Below are positions 7,267 to 14,386 of a stretch of 24,000 nucleotides of DNA, piece by piece; positions within the stretch are counted from its first letter, which is position 1; every line of letters begins with the position of its first letter. The DNA is from Acidimicrobiales bacterium (GTDB lineage Bacteria > Actinomycetota > Acidimicrobiia > Acidimicrobiales > MedAcidi-G1): the NCBI GenBank assembly GCA_029245675.1, contig JAQWOV010000014.1, forward strand, positions 1-24,000, given 5' to 3'. The notes under the pieces were generated by a model. It saw only the letters and a program-made list of their open reading frames with translations. It was not told the origin of the DNA and did no database searches. Position numbers and translations under genes: made by a program.

Positions 7267-7981
7267 GTTGAGATCTCCAGCAAAACTCACTCTTTCCCTC
7301 CGGATTACCGGAAAAAGAGAGGATGGCTACCACTTCATAGAGGCGGAAATGGTAAGCCTAGATCTTTCGGATCGAATAGTTATTTCTGATGGAGATGGCT
7401 TGACGATAGAGGGACCTGAAATAGGATTTAGTGTTGAGCCAGATAGCAACAACTTAGTTACACAAGCTCTTGAATTATTAAACAGGAAAGCCTTGATTCG
7501 CCTAGAAAAGAACATTCCTTCCGGCGCAGGTTTAGGAGGAGGGTCTACTAACGCAGCAGCAATACTTCGATGGGCTGGTTTCACAGACCTAGTCAAAGCT
7601 GCGTCTCTAGGGGCTGATGTCTCTTACTGCATTGTTGGAGGCAGAGCTAAAGTTTCAGGAATTGGTGAAGTAGTGGAACCTCTACCATTCGTTGAAAAAA
7701 CTTTTACTCTCCTCACCCCGCCATTTGGCGTTTCAACTCCAGCCGTTTATAAACACTGGGACGAAATGGGAGGCCCCGTGGGGGATAACGGCAATGACCT
7801 CGAACCTGCTCTGCTCAGCTATATGCCGGAAGCAGATCAATACAAAAATCGATTAGCAGAAATATCTGGAAAAATCCCTCAATTAGCTGGATCGGGTTCA
7901 ACATGGTTTGTGGAAGGAAGTTTCCCTGAAGAAGGCTGCCAAGTAGTAAAGACTATTCCGTCTAGCCTGTTCGAGAAGTAA
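7256..7981 (+). CDS. ispE: 4-(cytidine 5'-diphospho)-2-C-methyl-D-erythritol kinase (short form)
   Basis: 241 aa. Shows N-terminal PAKLTLSL.I.GKR.DGYH, the GHMP-kinase ATP motif PSGAGLGGGSTNAAA, and C-terminal LAGSGST.F. It overlaps the rsmA stop by 11 nt. It is shorter than the roughly 280-320 aa typical of IspE. Confidence 0.85.
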   Translation: MKTELRSPAKLTLSLRITGKREDGYHFIEAEMVSLDLSDRIVISDGDGLTIEGPEIGFSVEPDSNNLVTQALELLNRKALIRLEKNIPSGAGLGGGSTNAAAILRWAGFTDLVKAASLGADVSYCIVGGRAKVSGIGEVVEPLPFVEKTFTLLTPPFGVSTPAVYKHWDEMGGPVGDNGNDLEPALLSYMPEADQYKNRLAEISGKIPQLAGSGSTWFVEGSFPEEGCQVVKTIPSSLFEK

Positions 7982-8011
7982 AGAACTTGGCTGAGTTTTT
8001 TAGGAGGAAAA

Positions 8012-8920
8012 ATGGATAAGAACTTAGTGCAAAGTGACGCAAGGCTTTTATGTGACGACTTGCCGCCCGTAGGGCCGTTAGCTCTAGGTCTTTGGCGATA
8101 CACCAACACTGATATTGGTCACGCGACAAATCTACTTGAAGCAGCACTAGATCTCGGCATCAACTTGATAGACAATGCCGATGTTTACGGACTTGATTGG
8201 GGTGGAAACGGGTTTGGAGCCTGCGAAGAACTTCTAGGTCAAGTACTTTCAGGAAGCCCTGAATTACGAGACCAAATAGTGTTGGCAACCAAGGGAGGGA
8301 TACAGCCCCCTGTTCCATATAACTCAAGTAGCGAGTACCTCCGAAAGGCTTGTGAAGATTCTCTTCGCCGTATGAATGTTGAACAGATTGACTTGTATCA
8401 AGTGCATCGCCCTGACATGTACACTCATCCAGCTGAAGTCGCTGCAACGCTTGACAGTCTCGTAGAGGAAGAAAAAGTCATCGCTCTCGGTGTTTCAAAT
8501 CACTCACCCAATCAAATAAAAGCATTGCAGGAACATTTAAGGAATCCTCTTATCGCCGTTCAGCCGGAGTTTTCAGCAGTGCATTTAAGCCCTTTACGTG
8601 ACGGGATTCTTGATTTAGCTGCAGAAAGAGATCTCGTTCCACTGGCATGGAGTCCACTAGCAGGAGGAAGCCTGGCTACCGGAGAAGGTATCCCATCAGA
8701 ACTTGCGGCAGTCCTAGATGAATTAGCTAGCCGCGAATCTGTTGATAGAGCAACTATCGCTATCGCATTTGTTTTATCCCACCCAACTTCACCGATTGCG
8801 ATACTTGGAACTCAAACAATTGAAAGACTAGAAAAACTTTCAGAAGCACTCCAAGTGTCTTTAACAAGAGCAGATGTTTATAAAATCATCCAAGCTTCAG
8901 AAGGCGTCCCTCTTCCATGA
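8012..8920 (+). CDS. Aldo-keto reductase family oxidoreductase (YdhF-like)
   Basis: 302 aa. Shows AKR hallmarks: GLW......D......LL.AALDLGINLIDNADVYG, a catalytic-tetrad context (D..Y...K), LATKGG, IDLYQVHRPD, ALGVSN and PLA.G. A strong AGGAGG Shine-Dalgarno lies at 8001..8006. Confidence 0.85.
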   Translation: MDKNLVQSDARLLCDDLPPVGPLALGLWRYTNTDIGHATNLLEAALDLGINLIDNADVYGLDWGGNGFGACEELLGQVLSGSPELRDQIVLATKGGIQPPVPYNSSSEYLRKACEDSLRRMNVEQIDLYQVHRPDMYTHPAEVAATLDSLVEEEKVIALGVSNHSPNQIKALQEHLRNPLIAVQPEFSAVHLSPLRDGILDLAAERDLVPLAWSPLAGGSLATGEGIPSELAAVLDELASRESVDRATIAIAFVLSHPTSPIAILGTQTIERLEKLSEALQVSLTRADVYKIIQASEGVPLP

Positions 8921-9990
8921 GCGAAACTGTTCGGTATGGAGTAATCGGTACAGGATTGATGGGGATCGAACACATTCATAATCTTCAAGCCCTTCCGGGC
9001 GCAGAGATTGTTGCGGTAGCAGACCCCGATCAAAATTCTCTAAATCACGCCAAATCAATAGTGAACCCTCAAACTGGACTTTTTCAGAACTATAGAGATC
9101 TATTAGAACGAGGGGAATGTGATGCTTTGGTAATCGCTACCCCAAATATGACTCATACTGAAATACTTTTAGAAGTTCTAGAAACAGGATTGCCTGCTTT
9201 GGTGGAGAAACCTTTATGCACCACAGTTTCAGATTGCAAAAAAGTTATAGAGAAAGCAGGCAACCAATCAAAGATTTGGGTGGGTCTTGAATACAGGTAT
9301 ATGCCAGCTATCGCAGAACTCATCAGACAAGTAACAGAAGGCAAAGCTGGACCTATAAGTATGGTGGCGATACGGGAACACAGATTCCCTTTTCTCAAAA
9401 AAGTAGGGGATTGGAACCGATTTAATGACAACACAGGAGGAACACTGGTTGAGAAGTGTTGCCATTTCTTTGACCTGATGCGTCTTATTTCTGGATCAAA
9501 TCCAATCCGAGTATTTGCTTCTGGTGATCAAGACGTCAACCACCTTGACGAGAGTTACGACGGCCGCGTTCCAGATATTCTTGATAACGCCTATGTGATC
9601 GTTGACTTCGAGTCGGGAGCTCGCGGCATGCTAGATCTCTGCATGTTTGCAGAAGCATCTCATAATCAAGAAGAAATTTCAGTTGTTGGATCATTAGGAA
9701 AAATTGAAGCACTTGTTCCCGAATCCTTGGTTCGAACAGGCATAAGAGGAGAACATAGTCTCGGAAATATAGATACAAAGATCACATCTCATTCCGGGAT
9801 CCCATACCAAGGGCATCATTACGGTTCTTCATACATTGAACATGAACATTTCTTGAAATCTGTTCTAGAAAACTCTCCTCCGGAAAGTTCGTTAGAAGAC
9901 GGGTTATGGTCAGTGGCTATGGGAGTAGCAGCCCATCAGTCCATAGAAGAGGGAAGAGCCATAAAAATAGAAGAGGTTATGAGGAACTAG
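8917..9990 (+). CDS. Gfo/Idh/MocA-family NAD(P)-dependent oxidoreductase
   Basis: 357 aa. Shows an N-terminal Rossmann fold RYGVIGTGLMG..H, the family motif EKPL, and a C-terminal alpha/beta domain (GG.LVEKCCHFFDL). The start overlaps the AKR stop (ATGA). Confidence 0.85.
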   Translation: MSETVRYGVIGTGLMGIEHIHNLQALPGAEIVAVADPDQNSLNHAKSIVNPQTGLFQNYRDLLERGECDALVIATPNMTHTEILLEVLETGLPALVEKPLCTTVSDCKKVIEKAGNQSKIWVGLEYRYMPAIAELIRQVTEGKAGPISMVAIREHRFPFLKKVGDWNRFNDNTGGTLVEKCCHFFDLMRLISGSNPIRVFASGDQDVNHLDESYDGRVPDILDNAYVIVDFESGARGMLDLCMFAEASHNQEEISVVGSLGKIEALVPESLVRTGIRGEHSLGNIDTKITSHSGIPYQGHHYGSSYIEHEHFLKSVLENSPPESSLEDGLWSVAMGVAAHQSIEEGRAIKIEEVMRN

Positions 9991-11058
9991 ATGCCAACTC
10001 ATGACTCTCTAGAAATATCTTGGTTCGCAGCCCTTTGCGATGATGATTACGAATTTCTTGGCGTTCCAGATCCGTTACTGCAAAGTTCATGGGAACATTG
10101 CAAAAAGATCGTACTTAAAGCTGAGGAACAAGGATTCGACAATATTTTGCTTCCCTCGGGCTATCAGTTAGGGATTGATGGCACAAGTTTTGCTTCTGCT
10201 ATAGCAAACCAAACCAAAAAGATCAGACTGCTACTTGCTGTGCGCACCGGAGAAGTTTGGGCCCCACAGCTAGCTCGTCAGATAGCTTCCATAGATCAGA
10301 TAGCTGGTGGCCGTTTAGACATAAATATTATTTCTAGTGACTTGCCAGGCGAGAAAATAGATTCAGAAGAAAGGTATGAACGCACCACCGAATACATGCA
10401 GGTCTTACGGCAGCTCCTTGATGGCCAAGACATTGACTATCAAGGAGAGTTTATAAAATTACAAATTTCTCCTCCCCGTATCAGGACTATTTCTGGCAGT
10501 TGTCCAGCTTATTATTTTGGAGGATTTTCTGAAAATGCAAAGGAAGTGGCGGCGGCCGAAGCAGACGTGTTTCTCACTTGGCCAGACACAGTCGCGGAGG
10601 TTGACAAGACAATAAAGGAAATGACAGACCGCTCAGCAAAGAAGGGGAGAACTCTGAGATACGGTCTCCGAAGTCATGTCATTGTAAGAGAAACAGAAGC
10701 GGAGGCCCGTAAAGCCGCCGTTCAACTAGTGAGCAAACTTGATGATGGAGTTGGAGCAGAGATACGCAATCGTTCGTTAGATGCAAGTTCGGTTGGAGTA
10801 AGTCGACAAATAGAGTTACGTCAAAGTTCGAATCAAGACGGTTTCGCGGAAGAAGGGCTTTGGACAGGGATTGGGAGAGCTCGCAGCGGAGCAGGTGCAG
10901 CAATAGTTGGGGACCCCGACCAAGTCGTGAGAAAAATTAGGGAATATCAACAAATCGGAATTGAAGCATTCATATTTTCTGGATATCCCCATATAGAGGA
11001 ATGCGAAAAATTTGGGCAACTTGTGTTGCCTCATCTCACTCATCACTCACTTACCTGA
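9991..11058 (+). CDS. LLM-class flavin-dependent monooxygenase, SsuD (alkanesulfonate monooxygenase)-like
   Basis: 355 aa. Matches to my recollection of E. coli SsuD:
- YYFGGFSENAKEVAAAEADVFLTW vs [24 protein letters not shown]
- RYGLRSHVIVRETEAEA vs RFGIRLHVIVRETNDEA
- LWTGIGRARSGAGAAIVGDPDQVVRKIREYQQIGIEAFIFSGYPHIEE vs [48 protein letters not shown]
The start immediately follows the upstream stop (TAGATG). Substrate cannot be assigned. Confidence 0.8.
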   Translation: MPTHDSLEISWFAALCDDDYEFLGVPDPLLQSSWEHCKKIVLKAEEQGFDNILLPSGYQLGIDGTSFASAIANQTKKIRLLLAVRTGEVWAPQLARQIASIDQIAGGRLDINIISSDLPGEKIDSEERYERTTEYMQVLRQLLDGQDIDYQGEFIKLQISPPRIRTISGSCPAYYFGGFSENAKEVAAAEADVFLTWPDTVAEVDKTIKEMTDRSAKKGRTLRYGLRSHVIVRETEAEARKAAVQLVSKLDDGVGAEIRNRSLDASSVGVSRQIELRQSSNQDGFAEEGLWTGIGRARSGAGAAIVGDPDQVVRKIREYQQIGIEAFIFSGYPHIEECEKFGQLVLPHLTHHSLT

Positions 11059-11083
11059 AGTTGAGAATATTTAGAAAGATAGT

Positions 11084-11182
11084 TTACTTGCCGCGTTGAC
11101 GCTGAGCACGAGTGCGCTTAAGCATCTTGCGATGCTTTTTCTTCCGCATACGTTTACGTCTTTTTTTGATTAAAGATCCCAT
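11084..11182 (-). CDS. 30S ribosomal protein bS22 (Actinomycetota-specific microprotein), 32 aa
   Basis: Below the ORF-track cutoff and found by hand. The reverse complement reads MGSLIKKRRKRMRKKKHRKMLKRTRAQRQRGK*. This matches the bS22 pattern recalled from mycobacteria (MGSVIKKRRKRM.KKKHRKLL..TR.QRR...). Confidence 0.8.
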   Translation of the reverse strand: MGSLIKKRRKRMRKKKHRKMLKRTRAQRQRGK

Positions 11183-11291
11183 ACCGGCGGATACCGTATC
11201 GTGCAAAGAAGCAGAATTTGCATAAATTGAAGAGTAAATTAATAAAACACTCTGTGATTGGTTATTGAAGCGGTACGATTCAGAACCAGAA

Positions 11292-11364
11292 TGGCCGGTA
11301 GTTCAACTGGCAGAACGCTGGGTTTTGGACCCAGAGGTTGGAGGTTCGATCCCTCCCCGGCCAG
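11292..11364 (+). tRNA. tRNA-Gln (anticodon UUG)
   Basis: Manual cloverleaf, 73 nt:
- acceptor TGGCCGG/CCGGCCA
- D-arm GTTC-AACTGGCA-GAAC
- anticodon arm CTGGG-TTTTGGA-CCCAG, with U33 and anticodon TTG at 11325..11327
- variable loop AGGTT
- T-arm GGAGG-TTCGATC-CCTCC
- discriminator G73
The U1-A72 pair plus G73 are classical tRNA-Gln identity features. CCA is not encoded. Confidence 0.9.
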
Positions 11365-11389
11365 CTAATACTTGAAAATAATTCAAACT

Positions 11390-11422
11390 AAAAAGCACTT
11401 CCGAAACACGGAAGTGCTTTTT
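11390..11422. terminator. Bidirectional intrinsic terminator between tRNA-Gln (+) and the repeat lipoprotein gene (-)
   Basis: Perfect hairpin AAAAAGCACTTCCG-aaaca-CGGAAGTGCTTTTT. The GC-containing core stem is 9 bp (11395-11403 pairing with 11409-11417), extended to 14 bp by flanking A5/T5 runs. This gives a U-tract in both orientations. It sits 5 nt past the lipoprotein stop and 26 nt past the tRNA. Confidence 0.65.
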
Positions 11423-11426
11423 GCTT

Positions 11427-12380
11427 TTAGGTCAGACAGCCAAAAGCTGGTTTGAGGGTATTTTCGCAGTACGTGTATTCAGTGGCGTCGTCAACCCAGG
11501 GTTCTATGACGAGGCTCGAAATGTTGTAATCGTAGGTGCATCCGTTACGCCAAAAAAGTCCAAGGTCTTCATGGTCGATGTAGCTGCTAGTTCCATAATC
11601 GAAGTACCAGAAGTTGTAGTACATGGAACAGTCAGCATCCCAACGGTAACCACATTCCTCTGCAGCTTGCGTATCGCCTTCAGCTAAACCGCCCTCGTTT
11701 AGTTCTGTCCCAAAGCGGTATTGAATCTGTTCGCCTATTTCTTCGAGAGTGACAATGTCAGCTACAGCTTCGCAACGATCTTTGTAATCGATAACGAACT
11801 CGTCTTTAACGAGCCATTGAGAACCATCTTCGGAAAGTTCCCACATATCAACCCAATCACCTAAAACAGTGTCGTAGGTGAACCCGGTAGAAAGCATTGG
11901 GAACCAGTAACGAGTAGGAAGGTCTATGCCAGGGGCGATGAGTTCCTCATCCACATAATGATCTTTTCCGTAGTCCCAAGTCCAAAAGTCGTAGTACTCG
12001 CCGGTTTCTTCGTCGAGGCGGAAACCGCATGTTTCAACGAAACCTAAACAGCGAGCCTGAGGTTCAACGATGTACTCTTCTTTCGTTACCCATTCGGAAC
12101 CATCTTCAGACAGATCCCAAAGATCTACATATGTTCCTACCGAAGAATCCCATCCGTAACCACACTCTGGTAGCAGAGCTTCGCAACGAGCGAGAGGGTC
12201 TGGATCTTCTGAGGTTGACGGGGGAACAAACGTCGACGTTGTTGTCGTTGATGTAGTGCTCGTGGTTGACGTGGAAGTGTTTCCAGAAACAGCTGACGTG
12301 TCAGACGTTGACGTGGAGGAGCAGGACAAAGAGAAAGCTAGTAACACGATGGTTAAAAGTTTTAGTGAATATGTTTTCAT
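11427..12380 (-). CDS. Uncharacterised secreted lipoprotein with Ser/Thr linker and Cys/aromatic/acidic internal repeats
   Basis: The ORF-track frame 11427..12680 is trimmed to the internal ATG (complement of 12378..12380). There the sequence becomes a textbook lipoprotein signal peptide, MKTYSLKLLTIVLLAFSLSC. This is followed by a 36-aa Ser/Thr-rich linker and then about 260 aa with repeated modules (see repeat feature). The product is 317 aa. I recognise no family. Confidence 0.7.
   Translation of the reverse strand: MKTYSLKLLTIVLLAFSLSCSSTSTSDTSAVSGNTSTSTTSTTSTTTTSTFVPPSTSEDPDPLARCEALLPECGYGWDSSVGTYVDLWDLSEDGSEWVTKEEYIVEPQARCLGFVETCGFRLDEETGEYYDFWTWDYGKDHYVDEELIAPGIDLPTRYWFPMLSTGFTYDTVLGDWVDMWELSEDGSQWLVKDEFVIDYKDRCEAVADIVTLEEIGEQIQYRFGTELNEGGLAEGDTQAAEECGYRWDADCSMYYNFWYFDYGTSSYIDHEDLGLFWRNGCTYDYNISSLVIEPWVDDATEYTYCENTLKPAFGCLT
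11466..12164 (-). repeat. Intragenic protein-level repeats, (A-B)x2 plus a degenerate fifth unit, inside the lipoprotein gene
   Basis: - A1: CGYGWDSSVGTYVDLWDLSEDGSEWVTKEEYIV (aa 73-105)
- A2: TGFTYDTVLGDWVDMWELSEDGSQWLVKDEFVI (aa 165-197)
- B1: CGFRLDEETGEYYDFWTWDYGKDHYVDEELI (aa 118-148)
- B2: CGYRWDADCSMYYNFWYFDYGTSSYIDHEDL (aa 243-273)
- C-terminal unit: CTYDYNISSLVIEPWVDDATEYTYC (aa 281-305)
By hand alignment about 14 of 31-33 positions are identical within each pair. There are ten Cys residues after the lipidated Cys. Confidence 0.6.
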
Positions 12381-12393
12381 TGTTTTCTTTCTT

Positions 12394-12410
12394 GTATTAG
12401 ATATTAATAC
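12394..12410. promoter_or_regulatory. Inverted repeat GTATTA-gatat-TAATAC in the divergent lipoprotein/PhyH intergenic region (candidate operator)
   Basis: 6-bp perfect arms with a 5-nt spacer, in the AT-rich 106-bp region shared by two divergently transcribed genes. There is no cognate regulator gene in the window. It could arise by chance in AT-rich DNA. Confidence 0.25.
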
Positions 12411-12486
12411 TTTTGGCGTTTGAGAAACTCTGTTAGTTCCCAGAGATAAACAAAAGTTATTTTCTAGTGATGCTTCTTTTTCCAAA

Positions 12487-13347
12487 ATGGTCCATGATGA
12501 ATCTATGGCGGAACTTGAAATTTTCGATAACGGAGTTTCTATTGAACAAATCATTCCTTCGTTAGAGCGTGATGGCGCAGTCATTATCCGAGACCTACTG
12601 TCGGCGGAAGCAACTAGCCAAATTATTGAAGACCTTTCCGAAACGTTAGAGGCAAGTACACCTGGTTCGAAAAGCGGCATAGAAAGTTGGGAAGATTTCC
12701 ATGGGGATAAGACAGTTCGTTTCTGTGGACTTGCGGCAAAAAGCCGAGCGTTCGTAGACCATGCTCTCTTAAATGAATATTTAATAAAAGTATCTGACCA
12801 CTACCTTCTCAAAAGTTGTGCAGACTACTGGTTAAATACTGGACAGGTTATGGTAGTTGGGTCATCAGAGCCTGCCCAATATTTACATAGAGACGAAGAT
12901 AATTGGCCAGAAGCTATGAGTAAAGATCATGAAATAACGTTCAGCTGCATGTATGCACTTTCAGATTTCACAAAAGAAAATGGTGGAACTGTGGTAATTC
13001 CAGGATCACAAAACCGTCCAACAGGTGTAATTAGAGGACTGGAAGTCCCACCAGAAGAGATTGCATATGCAGTGATGCCGGCTGGCAGTGGAATGATTTA
13101 CTCCGGCAAAGTAGTGCATGGCGCAGGATCAAATATTACGGAACAAATGCGTTACGGGATGCATGTGAGTTTCGTGGCAGGGTGGCTACGACCAGAGGAA
13201 GCAAGTCCTTTAGTAATCGATAAAGAGACCGCGGCCACGTTGCCGCCGCGAGCCCGTCAACTCTTAGGCTGGGGTTCCTATCACTCGGTCGGCGGAGGAC
13301 GCACTTGGCTCGTTGACTTTGATGATGCCGATCACCTATTTGATTGA
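12487..13347 (+). CDS. Phytanoyl-CoA dioxygenase (PhyH) superfamily Fe(II)/2-oxoglutarate-dependent oxygenase
   Basis: 286 aa. Shows a facial-triad-like H-x-D (YLHRDEDNW) and a distal His (GKVVHGAGSN), followed by a candidate 2OG-binding Arg (RYGMHVSF). Overall length and layout are typical of PhyH-family proteins. Substrate is unknown. An alternative start at the in-frame ATG at 12505 is possible. Confidence 0.75.
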   Translation: MVHDESMAELEIFDNGVSIEQIIPSLERDGAVIIRDLLSAEATSQIIEDLSETLEASTPGSKSGIESWEDFHGDKTVRFCGLAAKSRAFVDHALLNEYLIKVSDHYLLKSCADYWLNTGQVMVVGSSEPAQYLHRDEDNWPEAMSKDHEITFSCMYALSDFTKENGGTVVIPGSQNRPTGVIRGLEVPPEEIAYAVMPAGSGMIYSGKVVHGAGSNITEQMRYGMHVSFVAGWLRPEEASPLVIDKETAATLPPRARQLLGWGSYHSVGGGRTWLVDFDDADHLFD

Positions 13348-13405
13348 ATCAGAAATGCTCCTAGTCTGTAATACACAAGCCACTAGCAAAGGTAAGCGAC
13401 TTTAA

Positions 13406-14386
13406 ATGGAACTAGTTACCCATAAAAATCTTTATTTAGTCGCCGGACGAGTGAGTCAATCTTTGGGTACAGAAATAGCAAATTTAATGGGCGAGGAACT
13501 TGGCGAACCAAACCTTGAAGATTTCGCCAATGGTGAAATACATTGCAAATTCTCTGAATCCATTCGCGGTAGTGACGTTTTCATCATCCAGACTCACTGC
13601 CAAACACCGGACTCCTCCATCAACGATGCCGTGATGGAACAACTCATCATGGTGGATGCAGCGAAACGAGCGTCGGCGAAACGAATAACAGTGGTTTGCC
13701 CCCATTACGGATATGGGCGCCAAGACCGGAAATCAACTGGACGAGAACCTATTACCGCAAAATTATTGGCAAACCTTTTCAAAAGTGCCGGAGCAAGTCG
13801 CCTAGTGGGAATAGATCTTCATTCAGGTCAGATCCAAGGATTCTTTGATGGCCCAGTAGACCACCTTACGGCCATGCCCGTACTCGTAGAACGACTTAAA
13901 GGTTTAGAAGGAGAAATCTCAATAGTTTCTCCAGATGCCGGTCGAGTAAAAGTGGCTGAACGTTACGCAATGCAACTAGGGGCTGATCTCGCGATTGTTC
14001 ATAAACGTAGAAGCCATACAGCTTTCAATACTGTTGAAGCAAAAGAAGTAGTTGGAGATGTTGATGGCAAGACTTGCGTAATTGTTGACGACATGATTGA
14101 TACAGCTGGAACTATTTGTGCGGCATCAGAACAACTGAAAGAAAAAGGCGCAGAACGAGTGATCGCAGCCACCACTCACGGGGTATTTTCTGGCCCAGCC
14201 ATGGAACGCCTCGCTGAGTCATCAATAGAAAAAGTTCTTGTTACCAATACTTTGCCCATGCCCGAAGGGTACGACAATGAATTAATAGAAGTTCTATCAA
14301 TAGCACCACTAGTAGCAGAAGCGTTGCAAGCAGTATTTCAAGATGCTTCAGTAAGCGAAATCTTTGGCGGAGATCATCTGTCATAG
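13406..14386 (+). CDS. prs: Ribose-phosphate pyrophosphokinase (PRPP synthetase)
   Basis: 326 aa. Shows the NGE...F.ES(I)RG..VFIIQ, YGRQDRK, DLHS.QIQGFF and PRPP-binding VIVDDMIDTAGT motifs. Confidence 0.95.
   Translation: MELVTHKNLYLVAGRVSQSLGTEIANLMGEELGEPNLEDFANGEIHCKFSESIRGSDVFIIQTHCQTPDSSINDAVMEQLIMVDAAKRASAKRITVVCPHYGYGRQDRKSTGREPITAKLLANLFKSAGASRLVGIDLHSGQIQGFFDGPVDHLTAMPVLVERLKGLEGEISIVSPDAGRVKVAERYAMQLGADLAIVHKRRSHTAFNTVEAKEVVGDVDGKTCVIVDDMIDTAGTICAASEQLKEKGAERVIAATTHGVFSGPAMERLAESSIEKVLVTNTLPMPEGYDNELIEVLSIAPLVAEALQAVFQDASVSEIFGGDHLS

Noticed and set aside
12213-12320. DNA-level short repeats: GTTGACGTGGA at 12265..12275 and 12307..12317, plus a third TGACGTG copy.
   Set aside because: They are explained by the coding of the low-complexity Ser/Thr linker (TSTSTS...) of the lipoprotein. 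They are not a CRISPR array, a tandem-repeat locus or a regulatory array.
12381-12680. The ORF track extends the lipoprotein frame 100 codons further upstream, to a total of 417 aa starting at 12680.
   Set aside because: The extension has no signal or domain character. It runs through the AT-rich intergenic region and antisense to the first 190 nt or so of the PhyH gene. A textbook lipoprotein signal peptide begins exactly at the internal Met (12380), so the long open frame is most likely fortuitous.
11292-13347. A tRNA-Gln-adjacent genomic island or integrative element.
   Set aside because: There is no integrase, excisionase, transposase or phage gene. I could not spot a direct repeat of the tRNA 3' end downstream. 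Codon and composition appearance is similar to the neighbours. It is reported only as a variable segment.
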